The notes beneath the pieces are model-generated. The model was not told the DNA's origin. It made no database searches and saw only the letters and a program-made list of their open reading frames with translations. Positions 47,132 to 57,809 of a stretch of 64,000 nucleotides of DNA are shown here, piece after piece. The translations under genes and the position numbers were made by a program. The stretch comes from an uncultured Roseivirgaceae bacterium (GTDB lineage Bacteria; Bacteroidota; Bacteroidia; Cytophagales; Cyclobacteriaceae). The stretch lies in NCBI GenBank assembly GCA_964543195.1, contig CAZIXF010000014.1, forward strand, positions 27,144 to 91,143, read 5' to 3'. Every line of letters begins with the position of its first letter. Positions within the stretch are counted from its first letter, which is position 1.

Positions 47132-50100
47132 TTATGCCTTTGCCTTTGCCGTGGCTACCGCTTTTTTCCTTTTCCTGTTAAGGTCCAGGACAAGCGGTGT
47201 GGCCACAAACACCGATGAATAGGTACCCACCAGTATACCGATAAGCAGGGCGAATGAAAAACCCCTTAACACTTCTCCTCCGAAAATAAACAGGATCAGC
47301 ACCACGACCATTGTGGTGAAGGAGGTGATCAAGGTCCGGCTTATGGTATTGTTAATGGCCTCGTTAAAGGATTTGAACAGCTGAGAGCCCGGTTTCAACT
47401 GCATGGTTTCCCGGATGCGGTCAAATACCACCACCGTATCGTTAATGGAATAACCAATGATGGTAAGCATGGCCGCGATAAATACCTGATCCACTTCAAA
47501 GGTTTTGCCGAACAGCCGGACGAAAGCATAGGCTGCCAGCACAAAGAGGGTATCATGGAAAAGGGCTGCCACAGCTCCCAATCCAAACTGCCATTTTCTG
47601 AACCGGATCACAATGTAAATGAATATCACGATCAGGGAAAAGATCACTGATTCCATGGAAGCATTTTTGATGTCATCGGCAATGGTAGCTCCCACCTTGG
47701 ATGACCCGGTTATCGCAAACGAGTCATCATCCAGTTGAGTGGCATCCTTAATATAATTCAACCCGGTTTCCTCTGAAATGCCGATCACCAACGCATTTTC
47801 AACGATAGAGTCGGCCCTTACGGATTCATCGTCGATAAGATAACTCGTGGTTACCTTAACTACATTATTGGATCCGTAGGTTTTAACTTCCGTACCTGCA
47901 TTTTCGAATTCGGTCTGCAGCGAGGTTCTTAACTGGGTGGGAGTAACCGGATTGTTGAATTCAACGATATATGAGCGGCCACCTGTAAAATCCACCCCCA
48001 GGTTTAATCCACCCTCGAGAATGAGCAGGATCATCCCGGCAGAAATGAAAACACCGGAAAAGATATAGGCCATTCTTCTTCTTGACATGAAATCTATCTT
48101 CAGGTTGGCCAGCAGGTTTTTAGACCAGAACATATCGAAAGAGATCTTGCTTTTATCTCCTTTTTTCGTCATCCAGGTTGCGATCACACGGGTAATGAAC
48201 ACGGCTGAAAAGAAGGAAGAAGCAATACCGATCATAAGCGTGGTGGCGAAGCCTTTTACAGGGCCCTGTCCGAGCGTATACATGATCACACCAATGAGGA
48301 AGGTAGTCACATTGGCATCGATAATAGAGCTGTATGCCTTGCTGTATCCCAGTGAAATGGCATTCAGAATGCCCGATCCATTCCTGAGTTCTTCCCTGAT
48401 CCGCTCAAAAATAAGTACGTTGGCATCGATGGACATACCGATAGTAAGTACGATACCGGCAATACCGGGCAGGGTAAGGGCAGCATTGAGCTGGGCAAGG
48501 ATACCAAGAATGAAGAATATATTGAAGACCAAAGCGATGTTGGCTATAAATCCGCCTTTCGAATAATAGGCGATCATAAACAGCACGACAATGCCCAGTC
48601 CGGCTACAATGGAGATTATTCCCTGGTTCTGGGCTTCCTTGCCCAGTGTGGGTCCGATCACGGCTTCCTCCACGATACGGGTTGGCGCAGGCAGTTTTCC
48701 TGCCTTCAGAATATTGGCCAGGTCCTTGGATTCTTCAATGGTGAAATTCCCGGTGATCTGTGAACTCCCATTGGGAATTTCGCTGATCACGTTCGGTGCC
48801 GAATAAACATAACCGTCAAGGACAATGGCAATCCTCCTGTTGATGTTTTCGGCCGTCAGCCGTCTCCAATCTTTGGCTCCCGTGGCATTCATCTGCATGG
48901 ATACGCTGGGGTTTCCATTCTGGTCAAAATCCGATCTGGCATCGGTGATCACCTCACCCGTAAGCGGCGCCTGTCCTCCCCTTCTCACTTTCACGGCAAA
49001 CAGTTCGAGCACTTCGGCCCCTCCTTCTCCCTCCATGGGCTTGTTTTTCCAAAAAAACTTCATATTGCTTGGGATAAGGGACTTGATATCCGGCCGCTGA
49101 AGTATCCTGTTTATGCGGGAGGTATCTTTCACATCATAAAAAAGCCCGTAATAAGGGGGCTTTCGAAGGCTGAATAAAGGGGAAGCAAAAGCATCCTCCA
49201 GGGAATCCGCAGCGGTAGTGTCTCCGGCAATCTGTGCAGCCAGGTCTTCAGCCGATGTGTCTGTGTCCTCCTCTGCCTCATCCAGTAAGAGATCGGCAAG
49301 ATCTTCGGTGCTCTCCCGGGCTGTATCGGTTTGGCCGGAAACATCCTCTGCACCCAGATCGGGGGTATTCAATTTTCTTTCCTCGACGATCTTGGTGTTG
49401 ATGGCCTGGAGGGTGTTCGAAATATCCTGCAATTCAAATACCTCCCAGAACTCCAGCTTCGCCACGCCCTGGAGTAATTTTCTTACCCTTTCCCTGTTGT
49501 CGACACCGGGCAACTCTACCTGGATGCGGCCGGTACCCGGTAATTTCTGGATATTGGGCTGTGACGTGCCAAATCGGTCGACCCGGGTCCTGATTATTTC
49601 AAATGAACGGTCGATAGCGTCGCTTACCTCGCTTCGCAGTATGCTTAAGATCTCATCGTCGCTGGATTGCAGACTGATCCTTCCCCTGTTAGCAGCATTC
49701 GCAAAAATGGTACTGAGCCGGCCATTTGGATTTACTTCCTGAAATGACTCATAGAACAGATTTACAAAGGAAGCCTGACTGTTTTTCTGTTTTTGCTGGG
49801 CCATCTCCAGGGCTTGCCGGAAATCTTCGTTTTCACTGTTGCCGCTTAATCCCCTGATGATGTCTACCGGCGATACTTCCAGCGTGACATGCATACCGCC
49901 CTGTAAATCCAGTCCCAGGCTGAGCTCGGTTTCTTTTACCTCTTTATAGGTGTATTGTATACCGAAAAGATTGTATACCGGTTCATTCCATACCGAGTCG
50001 AGATAAGCCTGCCTTTTGTAATAATCGAGACTGCCATTTTCATCCGTAGCATATTCAATGGCATCCTGCTGTATACCTCTTGAAACAAAAGTAAATGAAA

Positions 50101-50164
50101 GATAATACAGACAAAGCAGGGTAATAATTACCGTGAGGGTGATTATAAATCCTTTATTTTTCAT
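47132..50164 (-). CDS. secDF: protein translocase subunit SecDF (fused)
   Basis: 1010 aa. A SecD periplasmic domain plus 6 TM is followed by a SecF-like 6 TM ('FDRIRE' occurs twice). This is the fusion typical of Bacteroidota. Confidence 0.95.
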   Translation of the reverse strand: MKNKGFIITLTVIITLLCLYYLSFTFVSRGIQQDAIEYATDENGSLDYYKRQAYLDSVWNEPVYNLFGIQYTYKEVKETELSLGLDLQGGMHVTLEVSPVDIIRGLSGNSENEDFRQALEMAQQKQKNSQASFVNLFYESFQEVNPNGRLSTIFANAANRGRISLQSSDDEILSILRSEVSDAIDRSFEIIRTRVDRFGTSQPNIQKLPGTGRIQVELPGVDNRERVRKLLQGVAKLEFWEVFELQDISNTLQAINTKIVEERKLNTPDLGAEDVSGQTDTARESTEDLADLLLDEAEEDTDTSAEDLAAQIAGDTTAADSLEDAFASPLFSLRKPPYYGLFYDVKDTSRINRILQRPDIKSLIPSNMKFFWKNKPMEGEGGAEVLELFAVKVRRGGQAPLTGEVITDARSDFDQNGNPSVSMQMNATGAKDWRRLTAENINRRIAIVLDGYVYSAPNVISEIPNGSSQITGNFTIEESKDLANILKAGKLPAPTRIVEEAVIGPTLGKEAQNQGIISIVAGLGIVVLFMIAYYSKGGFIANIALVFNIFFILGILAQLNAALTLPGIAGIVLTIGMSIDANVLIFERIREELRNGSGILNAISLGYSKAYSSIIDANVTTFLIGVIMYTLGQGPVKGFATTLMIGIASSFFSAVFITRVIATWMTKKGDKSKISFDMFWSKNLLANLKIDFMSRRRMAYIFSGVFISAGMILLILEGGLNLGVDFTGGRSYIVEFNNPVTPTQLRTSLQTEFENAGTEVKTYGSNNVVKVTTSYLIDDESVRADSIVENALVIGISEETGLNYIKDATQLDDDSFAITGSSKVGATIADDIKNASMESVIFSLIVIFIYIVIRFRKWQFGLGAVAALFHDTLFVLAAYAFVRLFGKTFEVDQVFIAAMLTIIGYSINDTVVVFDRIRETMQLKPGSQLFKSFNEAINNTISRTLITSFTTMVVVLILFIFGGEVLRGFSFALLIGILVGTYSSVFVATPLVLDLNRKRKKAVATAKAKA

Positions 50165-50246
50165 TTTAATACGTGTTTAATTTCAGCATGAGTTAATCGT
50201 TGTTTTGAATAAAAAGTTGAACTGGTGAGAGTTGGCTTTGGCCGGA

Positions 50247-50612
50247 CTATGGTGCGTTGGGGGAAATGATATGCCGGAACAGTGTCTTGAAAAATTCGGA
50301 TTCGGGCAGTATGAAAAAAATGGATGACCAGGTTCTTTTGAAATTGATCTCCGCCACCCAAACCTGGATTCTGGGAATCTGATCGATGTGTAACTGAAAA
50401 CTTGAAAGGGTTGCCTGGTAATCGGGAAGAAACAGTTGTTTTTCCGTACCGGTTTGCTGATCCTGTTCGGCGGGGGCATTTTCCCTTTCGGTATACTTTT
50501 TTTCAATACTGTCCTGTATGCTGTATTCAAAAGTGGATACAGAAAGGGTAAGGCCGATAATGATCAGCGCGATGGTCCTCAAATATCCCGATATGGCCGA
50601 TACCTTTTTCAT
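50247..50612 (-). CDS. hypothetical membrane-anchored protein
   Basis: 121 aa with ATG start and one N-terminal TM helix, lying upstream of secDF on the same strand. I recognise no similarity. Confidence 0.4.
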   Translation of the reverse strand: MKKVSAISGYLRTIALIIIGLTLSVSTFEYSIQDSIEKKYTERENAPAEQDQQTGTEKQLFLPDYQATLSSFQLHIDQIPRIQVWVAEINFKRTWSSIFFILPESEFFKTLFRHIISPNAP

Positions 50613-50694
50613 TTTCTTATAATGGTTGGCAAAAATAACGATAAATATTTAAATATCAATGTGTTTTAACGGAGGTATTTTGCCCGGTGCACGA

Positions 50695-51324
50695 TCACTC
50701 CTGCCTTAATATGTTCCTTATATGTGACCGGATCATCTGTAGGGACCGGTCGAAACCCGAGTTGTTGTTGATCACTACATCACAGGTTTCCTTGCAGGGC
50801 AGAATATATTTCCTGTAAGCCGGCATTACATGATTCTGATACCGGTAAAGTACATCATCAAGGTCGTATCCCCTTTCTTCCTCATCCCGTATTATCCTTC
50901 TGGTGAGCATGATATGCTCCATGGCATGAACAAAGATGCTGAAATCAATCAGATCGCGGATTTTCTCCTGGTGGAAAACAAATAATCCTTCCAGGATCAG
51001 GATTGGTGATGGAACAAATCTGATGCTCCGGGCAGGCAGGTCAGGATTATTATAGGTGTATTCCTTAACCGATACCCTCTTTCCGCTGATCAATGTATTT
51101 ACGTCCTTTTCGAACCGGTCCAGAAACATGGATTCCGGCAGATCAAAGTTCTGATAACCCCTGGGGTCCCTCGGTTGGTTTTCCCTGTTTTTATAATAAT
51201 TATCCTGTGAAACGAGGCATACCTCTTCCGGTTTGAATTCAGCTACAAGCTTATGTACAAAGAGGGTCTTTCCTGAGCCGCTGCCACCCGTTATTCCTAT
51301 GATATAGGGTTTTTCATTGATCAT
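50695..51324 (-). CDS. udk: uridine kinase
   Basis: 209 aa with P-loop 'GITGGSGSGKT', 'SQDNYY' and 'NFD.P'. Confidence 0.9.
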   Translation of the reverse strand: MINEKPYIIGITGGSGSGKTLFVHKLVAEFKPEEVCLVSQDNYYKNRENQPRDPRGYQNFDLPESMFLDRFEKDVNTLISGKRVSVKEYTYNNPDLPARSIRFVPSPILILEGLFVFHQEKIRDLIDFSIFVHAMEHIMLTRRIIRDEEERGYDLDDVLYRYQNHVMPAYRKYILPCKETCDVVINNNSGFDRSLQMIRSHIRNILRQE

Positions 51325-51904
51325 TGATTCTTTGTTGAAGATAACGGACTAGTTTTCTGAAGGCGATACCCCGGTGGCTGATCCTGTTTTTATCTTCCAG
51401 TGGCATCTCTGCAAAAGTCTGATCGTATCCATCCGGTATAAAAACCGGATCATACCCAAACCCTTTATCGCCCCTTTTTTCAGAGATGATCCGGCCTTGT
51501 ACCAAGCCCTTAAACTGAATGGGGTGATTGTCCAGGAACAGTGTGATCACGGTTCTGAATTGGGCCGTCCTGTTCTCTGATCCTTCCAGATTATTTAACA
51601 GCAACCGGATATTGTCTTCCGCATTTTTCTGAGGTCCGGCATACCGTGCAGACCTTACTCCCGGCTTGTCATTCAAGGCTTCCACTTCCAGCCCAGTATC
51701 ATCAGCAAAACATTTCCAGCGGTACCTGTTAAAAACGTATTGGGCCTTTTCGAGCGAATTTCCTTCCAGGGAGGACTGGTTTTCAGGCAGGTCCTCATCA
51801 CATCCGATATCTGCGAGAGAAAGTATTCTGAACTGTTGCCCCAGCATCCGGGCGATTTCAGTTATTTTATGGGTGTTGTTTGTGGCAAAACATAATTCGA
51901 TCAT
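51314..51904 (-). CDS. rdgB: non-canonical purine NTP pyrophosphatase (RdgB/HAM1 family)
   Basis: 196 aa. 'ATNN.HK..E', 'DDTGLEV.AL...PG..SARY' and 'GFGYDP.F.P' are family motifs. Confidence 0.9.
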   Translation of the reverse strand: MIELCFATNNTHKITEIARMLGQQFRILSLADIGCDEDLPENQSSLEGNSLEKAQYVFNRYRWKCFADDTGLEVEALNDKPGVRSARYAGPQKNAEDNIRLLLNNLEGSENRTAQFRTVITLFLDNHPIQFKGLVQGRIISEKRGDKGFGYDPVFIPDGYDQTFAEMPLEDKNRISHRGIAFRKLVRYLQQRINDQ

Positions 51905-51915
51905 AAAAAATGAAA

Positions 51916-52419
51916 TTACTGAACGCTGATCAGTTCAATTTCAAAAATCAGGTTTTCATTTGGACCGATTATATCTCCGCTCCCTCTTCTTCCATAAGCC
52001 AGAACAGAAGGCACATACAGGGTAATTTTCCCTCTTTCGCCTATGTAAGAAAGTCCTTCATCCCATCCACGGATCACTCTTCCCTGACCGTGGATATAAG
52101 AAAGGGGCTCGCCCCGGTCGTAGGATGAGTCAAATTGGGTTCCATCAAGAAGTGTCCCGGTATAATGCACTTTTACCAGGCTCCCCGGTACCGGGCTGGA
52201 ACCTAAACCCTCATCATGGATTACGTATCTTAACCCGGAGGAGGATTTGGTTGCATCTATATTGTTTTCTTCCAGATATTGATCCAGTATGGCCAGGTCT
52301 TCCTGTAACTGGGTATAGGGATTGTAGAATTCAGTTCTCTCGCAGGAACTGACCATGCCCATAACCACCAGGATCAATATTAATCTCAACGCGTTCATAT
52401 TATTCCTGCCTTTCTTCAA
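51916..52419 (-). CDS. FKBP-type peptidyl-prolyl cis-trans isomerase (lipoprotein)
   Basis: 167 aa with lipobox 'VSSC'. The FKBP core is 'V.VHYTG.LLDG..FDSSY.RG.P......G.VI.GWDEG'. An alternative ATG at 52398 would remove the overlap with the upstream gene. Confidence 0.85.
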   Translation of the reverse strand: MKKGRNNMNALRLILILVVMGMVSSCERTEFYNPYTQLQEDLAILDQYLEENNIDATKSSSGLRYVIHDEGLGSSPVPGSLVKVHYTGTLLDGTQFDSSYDRGEPLSYIHGQGRVIRGWDEGLSYIGERGKITLYVPSVLAYGRRGSGDIIGPNENLIFEIELISVQ

Positions 52420-53308
52420 CTTCCATTAATTCTATATCAAAAATAAGAATACTATTCGGTATTATCATACTTCCGGATCCTTCTTTTCCATAGGCCAGTG
52501 TGGAGGGAATATAAAAAGTAAACTTATCCCCTTCACGCATTAGGGATATTCCTTTCTCCCAGCCTTCAATCACCTCTCCGTTTCCAAGGATGAATTTCAT
52601 CGGCCGGCCCTCTTCATAAGAGGATCCGATCGGCGTTCCATCCAGTAACCTGCCCCTGTAATGGATGGTAACCAAACCGCCTTGTTCGGGTTGTGCTCCC
52701 CCGCCTTTCTCACGAATCACATACCTCAGCCCTGATTGATGCTCCAGGGGAATTATGTCGTTCATTTCCATATAATAATCAATAATAGAAATATCCTCCC
52801 ATAGTTGTTCTTCAGCTTCCTCTTCTTCCCTGTCTTCCCTGTTATTTCGAATAGAAGCCTGCCAGCGGTTAAATTCCAAATTATTCAACTGATCCACTAC
52901 CCCGACATAAAAGGTGATTTTACTTTGCGGATCCAGATGATGCGGGACATTCCCATTGAAAGAAACCCTGAAAAGATTTTCACAATTCACTTTCAGTATC
53001 GCACTGTCTCCAATGGTAAGCCTGTTCAAACCTTCGTAAAGCTGTCCTGCGTTTTGCCAGACACTGTCAATGTAACGGATTGTCGCCGGCATTTCCCTGT
53101 TACGGTAAGAATAAAGGAGGGAATCATTCTCATCGTAATAGTCCATATTGAAAAGGATTACATGATTGTTCCGGAATTCCTCTCCGTTCATATTCCGGAT
53201 AATATAATATTCAAGACCGGAATCAGCGGTTCTGAAATCATCCTGGCTACACCCGAAAATAAAAATCAGCAGACTGGATAGTACCGGTGCGTTAAATTTT
53301 AAGCTCAT
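52400..53308 (-). CDS. FKBP-type peptidyl-prolyl cis-trans isomerase with N-terminal extra domain (lipoprotein)
   Basis: 302 aa with lipobox 'IFGC'. The C-terminal FKBP core is 'VTIHYRGRLLDGT..GSSY..GRP..F.LG.GEVIEGWE'. Confidence 0.85.
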   Translation of the reverse strand: MSLKFNAPVLSSLLIFIFGCSQDDFRTADSGLEYYIIRNMNGEEFRNNHVILFNMDYYDENDSLLYSYRNREMPATIRYIDSVWQNAGQLYEGLNRLTIGDSAILKVNCENLFRVSFNGNVPHHLDPQSKITFYVGVVDQLNNLEFNRWQASIRNNREDREEEEAEEQLWEDISIIDYYMEMNDIIPLEHQSGLRYVIREKGGGAQPEQGGLVTIHYRGRLLDGTPIGSSYEEGRPMKFILGNGEVIEGWEKGISLMREGDKFTFYIPSTLAYGKEGSGSMIIPNSILIFDIELMEVEERQE

Positions 53309-54323
53309 GTGCTTCTTTATTTAACGTATCCTTATACTCCTTTAATATGTTTTCAAATTTTTTTATGGTTTCCTCGAATGACAGGTCACTCGTGCCGCCT
53401 GCAGCATTTTTATGGCCGCCACCACTAAAATGGTTTCTGGCAAAATCATTCACAGAAAAATTCCCTTTGGAACGGAGAGAGAGATTGATCCCATCGGACT
53501 TTTCGGTGATCAATGCGCCCAACACGGCGTTATCCAGGCTGAGTGCATAATTCACCAGCCCTTCGGTGTCACCGGTTTTGGAATCGAACTGTTTGAGATC
53601 CTCAGCGCTGATAGCAATATAGGCCGTATTGTATTCTTCAAGAAATGAAAATCGCTGGCTCAACGCAAAACCAAGAAATTTCAGCCTGGTGTAGGAGTTG
53701 GTATCATAGATCAAACTGCCCACTTTGGAGGTGTCGGCTCCCAGTTCCATCAAATTGGCCGAAACATAATGTACATTCTGGGTGGTATTCTTATGTTTGA
53801 ACTGCCCGGTATCTGTCATGATCCCTGCATAAAGACTTTCTGCCATGGGAGGATCGATCAATTCCCTGTCTCCCAGTTTAACGATGAATTCGTAGATCAA
53901 CTCGGCAGTGGCCGCCGCTTCAATGCTGGAATAGGAAAAATCGGCGAAATCTTCGGGATCAAGGTGATGGTCGATAAGAAATTTCCTGGCCTTGCTTTTC
54001 CCCACTTCCTCGCCCAGCACATCGATCCGGGAAAGGCTGTTGAAATCAAGACAGAAGATAATGGTAGCGGCTTTTACAAGTGAAAAACATTGCTCCCTGT
54101 TATCTTCGCTCATCACAATAACGGACTTTTCACCATTCATCCAGTTTAAAAATTTCGGATATTCCGAAGGGCTGATTATGGTAACCTCATGATTTTTTTT
54201 TAAGAGGTATTCTCTTAAACCAAGGGAGGATCCCAGGGCATCGGCATCCGGATTGTGATGAGGAATGATTACTATCTTCTGGGGAGAATCAAGTAAGGCT
54301 TTAACGTCCTTAAAATTCAACAT
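53292..54323 (-). CDS. nrnA: DHH-family bifunctional oligoribonuclease/pAp phosphatase NrnA
   Basis: 343 aa with 'HHNPDADALGS', 'DHH' and DHHA1 'GGGHKNAAGG'. Confidence 0.85.
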   Translation of the reverse strand: MLNFKDVKALLDSPQKIVIIPHHNPDADALGSSLGLREYLLKKNHEVTIISPSEYPKFLNWMNGEKSVIVMSEDNREQCFSLVKAATIIFCLDFNSLSRIDVLGEEVGKSKARKFLIDHHLDPEDFADFSYSSIEAAATAELIYEFIVKLGDRELIDPPMAESLYAGIMTDTGQFKHKNTTQNVHYVSANLMELGADTSKVGSLIYDTNSYTRLKFLGFALSQRFSFLEEYNTAYIAISAEDLKQFDSKTGDTEGLVNYALSLDNAVLGALITEKSDGINLSLRSKGNFSVNDFARNHFSGGGHKNAAGGTSDLSFEETIKKFENILKEYKDTLNKEAHELKI

Positions 54324-54471
54324 TGATTATTTGATGTTCCAGATGGTTAAATTGGCAGATGCAAATGTGATCATTTATTCGTTAAAAACAAAGCCAAACA
54401 CAGGTAGTGGATATTTCGGCAGGCTGCCGGTAATTTCAGCGGTTTTTGGTATGATCTATTAACAGAATGGC

Positions 54472-54479
54472 TATTTTTG
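54472..54479 (+). promoter_or_regulatory. Bacteroidota -7 box TATTTTTG
   Basis: A perfect TAnnTTTG match 19 nt upstream of the ndk ATG at 54498. It overlaps the TTG used as the track ORF start, which argues for the ATG. Confidence 0.45.
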
Positions 54480-54497
54480 CACACAAATCTTAATACT

Positions 54498-54923
54498 ATG
54501 CAAGAAGATATTACTTTTACCATGATCAAGCCTGATGCGGTTAAGGAAGGAAACGCGGGGGCAATAATGAAAATGATCGAGGCGGCCGATTTCAAGATCC
54601 TGGCCTTAAAACTCACCCGTCTTTCAAGAGAACAGGCCGGCATGTTCTATGAAGTGCATAAGGACAAACCCTTTTACGAGAGTTTATGCGACTATATGTC
54701 ATCCGGTAAAATAATAGCCATGGTGGTTTCCAAAAAGAATGCGGTTAAAGAATACCGGAATCTTATCGGTGCCACCGACCCGGCCAAGGCAGAAACGGGT
54801 ACCATCAGGAAATTATATGCCAAATCGGTGCAGGCCAATGCCGTCCATGGATCCGATTCGGATGAAAATGCACAAAAAGAAGCTAATTTCTTTTTTTCGG
54901 AGCTTGAATATTATTACGATTAA
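54498..54923 (+). CDS. ndk: nucleoside-diphosphate kinase
   Basis: 'TFTMIKPDAV', 'YEVHKDKPFY', 'GATDP' and 'NAVHGSD' (active-site His). Confidence 0.95.
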   Translation: MQEDITFTMIKPDAVKEGNAGAIMKMIEAADFKILALKLTRLSREQAGMFYEVHKDKPFYESLCDYMSSGKIIAMVVSKKNAVKEYRNLIGATDPAKAETGTIRKLYAKSVQANAVHGSDSDENAQKEANFFFSELEYYYD

Positions 54924-54943
54924 TTTCCGTGGTTAAGAAGTGA

Positions 54944-55699
54944 TCATTCCGGTTGAAGAACCTCTTCCGTGTTCGAACGTATCCAGAAATTATTAAAACC
55001 TTCACCAACGGATAGGGTGGCCAGTCCCAATTGGAGGATTTCAAGTATGGCCAGAAAGTTGAAGATCACGGCAATCTTCTCGGGTTTTTCCTTTATTATG
55101 TCCACGAATGAGATCTGTTTTTTACTGGATAATTTTGCCAGTAAATAATCCTTCTGGTTTTCGATCGTATAAGGAAACTGGACAACCGTATGCGAGGGTT
55201 TGTTGGATTCGATAATGAAACGGTCCATGGCTTTTTCGAACGCCCGCAGGAGTTTATAAAGATCGAGATCCTGTAATTCTGATTCTACATTACTTAATTC
55301 AGATAATTTTCTGACTTCCCTGAGGACATTTCCCCGTTTTTCCCTGTCGATCTGATTTCCTTCCATCTCCATCAGCTCACCTACTACCGACTTATACTTT
55401 TTATATTCAAGGAGATGTTTTACCAGTTCCTCCCGTGGGTCGATCTCGTTACCTTCCTCATCCAACGATGGGCGGGGCAACAGCATTTTTGCTTTGATCC
55501 GCATCAGGGTGGCCGCCACCACTATAAATTCACTGGCTACCTCTATGTTCATTTCTTCAAGCTGCCTGAGGTAATCCAGAAAATCATCGGTGATCTTTGA
55601 GATGGGTATATCATATATATCCAGTTCATCACGTTCTATAAAAAAAAGAAGCAGATCAAAGGGGCCTTCAAATAAGGGCAACTTGATGGTAAAACTCAT
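54944..55699 (-). CDS. scpA: segregation and condensation protein A
   Basis: 251 aa. 'F.GPFDLLL.LI....LDIYDI.I..IT..FL.Y' is typical of the ScpA N-terminus. Confidence 0.9.
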   Translation of the reverse strand: MSFTIKLPLFEGPFDLLLFFIERDELDIYDIPISKITDDFLDYLRQLEEMNIEVASEFIVVAATLMRIKAKMLLPRPSLDEEGNEIDPREELVKHLLEYKKYKSVVGELMEMEGNQIDREKRGNVLREVRKLSELSNVESELQDLDLYKLLRAFEKAMDRFIIESNKPSHTVVQFPYTIENQKDYLLAKLSSKKQISFVDIIKEKPEKIAVIFNFLAILEILQLGLATLSVGEGFNNFWIRSNTEEVLQPE

Positions 55700-55879
55700 T
55701 CAGATAGTTATTTACTGTTTTTCTGGTTATATTGACTTCAAATATAGGACTATTCAGATCAATTGTATAGGTCAAATAAAAAAAATGTATTTTTACATTT
55801 TTGATTATTTTATGATATTCGTTAAAACAATATATTATTTATCAGGTTAATAATCTGATATCAACCATACACCGGAAAA

Positions 55880-57793
55880 ATGCTGATAGAACAAGGAGAA
55901 CTTCTCAGGAATATTAATTCACCCGATGGTCTGAAAAAGCTGGATCAGGCTCAGCTTGTGCAGTTATCCCGGGAACTTCGGCAGTTCATCATAGATAACG
56001 TTTCTGTATATGGCGGTCATTTCGGGGCCAGTCTCGGGGTGGTGGAGATGACAATCGCCCTTCATTATGTGTTTAATACCCCTAAAGATCTTTTGGTATG
56101 GGATGTAGGTCATCAGGCTTATGGTCATAAGATCCTTACGGGCCGGAAAGATCTGTTTTACACCAACAGGTCCTATAAAGGCCTTTCCGGTTTCCCGAAA
56201 CGGACCGAGAGTGAATACGATACATTTGGCGTGGGTCATTCTTCCACCTCTATTTCTGCTGCACTCGGGATGGCCATAGCTTCCAAATATCAAAAAGATA
56301 AGGACCGCCACCATATAGCAGTGATCGGCGACGGTGCCATGACAGGCGGTCTTGCCTTTGAGGCGATGAACCATGCCGGTGTTTCCAATACAAACCTGCT
56401 TATTGTGCTCAATGATAATTGCATGTCCATCGATCCCAATGTGGGAGCACTCAAGGATTATCTCACGGATATCACCACTTCAAGGACCTATAATAAATTC
56501 AAGGACGAGGTGTGGAATATACTGGGCAAGGTCAGCAAATTCGGGGTAAATGCCAGGGAAATAGTCAGTAATGTCGAAAACAGCGTAAAGACCATGCTGC
56601 TTAAGCACAGCAACCTGTTTGAATCGTTGAACCTGAGATATTTCGGTCCGGTAGACGGACATGATATCAACCATCTGGTGCATATTTTCAATGATCTTAA
56701 GGATATCCCGGGCCCCAAAATCCTGCATTGTGTAACCGTAAAAGGCAAAGGATTTCAACAAGCTGAAAAAGACCAGACTAAATGGCATGCCCCGGGTAAG
56801 TTTGATAAGCTGACCGGAGTGATCCATAAAAAAACGAATCATATCCCACAGCCTCCCAAATATCAGGAGGTCTTTGGGAAAACCCTGGTCGAACTGGCAA
56901 GAAAAAATGACAGGATCATGGGTGTGACGCCGGCAATGCCCAGTGGCTCTTCAATGAATATCATGATGAAGGAAATGCCCGACAGGGCTTTTGATGTGGG
57001 TATTGCCGAACAACATGCGGTAACTTTTTCCGCAGGCCTCGCTACACAGGGCCTGGTCCCCTTCTGTAACATATACAGCACCTTCATGCAAAGAGCCTAT
57101 GATCAGGTGATACATGATGTCTGTATTCAGAATCTGAAAGTGGTTTTCTGCCTCGACAGGGCCGGCCTGGTGGGAGCTGACGGTCCCACCCATCATGGTG
57201 CCTACGACATAGCTTATATGCGGGCCATACCCAATCTGGTAGTAGCCGCACCGATGAATGAATCGGAACTGAGAAATATGATGTACACCGCCCAGCTTCC
57301 TTCCCTGAAAGGCCCGATGAGTATCCGTTATCCAAGGGGCCAAGGTGTAATGCCCGACTGGGAAACGCCTATGACTGAAATACCCATTGGAACGGGCAGA
57401 CAAATCGTCGAAGGAGAAGAAGTGGCCATTTTATCCATTGGTCATATGGGCAATTATGCTCTTAAGGCCATCGAATTGCTGAAAGACAGCCAGATAAGGC
57501 CTTCACTTTATGACATGAGATTCATCAAACCCCTGGATGAGGGTTTGTTACATAAGATTTTTTTAAATTACAGGAAAATTGTTACTATTGAAGACGGTAC
57601 GTTGACCGGCGGATTCGGAAGCGCTGTTCTGGAATTCATGGCTGATCACGACTATAATGCCTCCGTAAAGCGACTCGGCATTCCGGATAAAATTATCGAA
57701 CATGGTGATCCTGAAAAATTGCATGAAGAGTGCGGTTACGACCCGGTTAGCATATCGGAAACCGTGATCAGTCTTTTTGAGACTGTTTTTTAA
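55880..57793 (+). CDS. dxs: 1-deoxy-D-xylulose-5-phosphate synthase
   Basis: 637 aa. 'GGH.G.SLG', 'DVGHQAY.HKILTGR', 'IGDGAMTGG' and 'GPTHHG' are DXS motifs. Confidence 0.95.
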   Translation: MLIEQGELLRNINSPDGLKKLDQAQLVQLSRELRQFIIDNVSVYGGHFGASLGVVEMTIALHYVFNTPKDLLVWDVGHQAYGHKILTGRKDLFYTNRSYKGLSGFPKRTESEYDTFGVGHSSTSISAALGMAIASKYQKDKDRHHIAVIGDGAMTGGLAFEAMNHAGVSNTNLLIVLNDNCMSIDPNVGALKDYLTDITTSRTYNKFKDEVWNILGKVSKFGVNAREIVSNVENSVKTMLLKHSNLFESLNLRYFGPVDGHDINHLVHIFNDLKDIPGPKILHCVTVKGKGFQQAEKDQTKWHAPGKFDKLTGVIHKKTNHIPQPPKYQEVFGKTLVELARKNDRIMGVTPAMPSGSSMNIMMKEMPDRAFDVGIAEQHAVTFSAGLATQGLVPFCNIYSTFMQRAYDQVIHDVCIQNLKVVFCLDRAGLVGADGPTHHGAYDIAYMRAIPNLVVAAPMNESELRNMMYTAQLPSLKGPMSIRYPRGQGVMPDWETPMTEIPIGTGRQIVEGEEVAILSIGHMGNYALKAIELLKDSQIRPSLYDMRFIKPLDEGLLHKIFLNYRKIVTIEDGTLTGGFGSAVLEFMADHDYNASVKRLGIPDKIIEHGDPEKLHEECGYDPVSISETVISLFETVF

Positions 57794-57809
57794 ATTAAAT
57801 TAATTATTT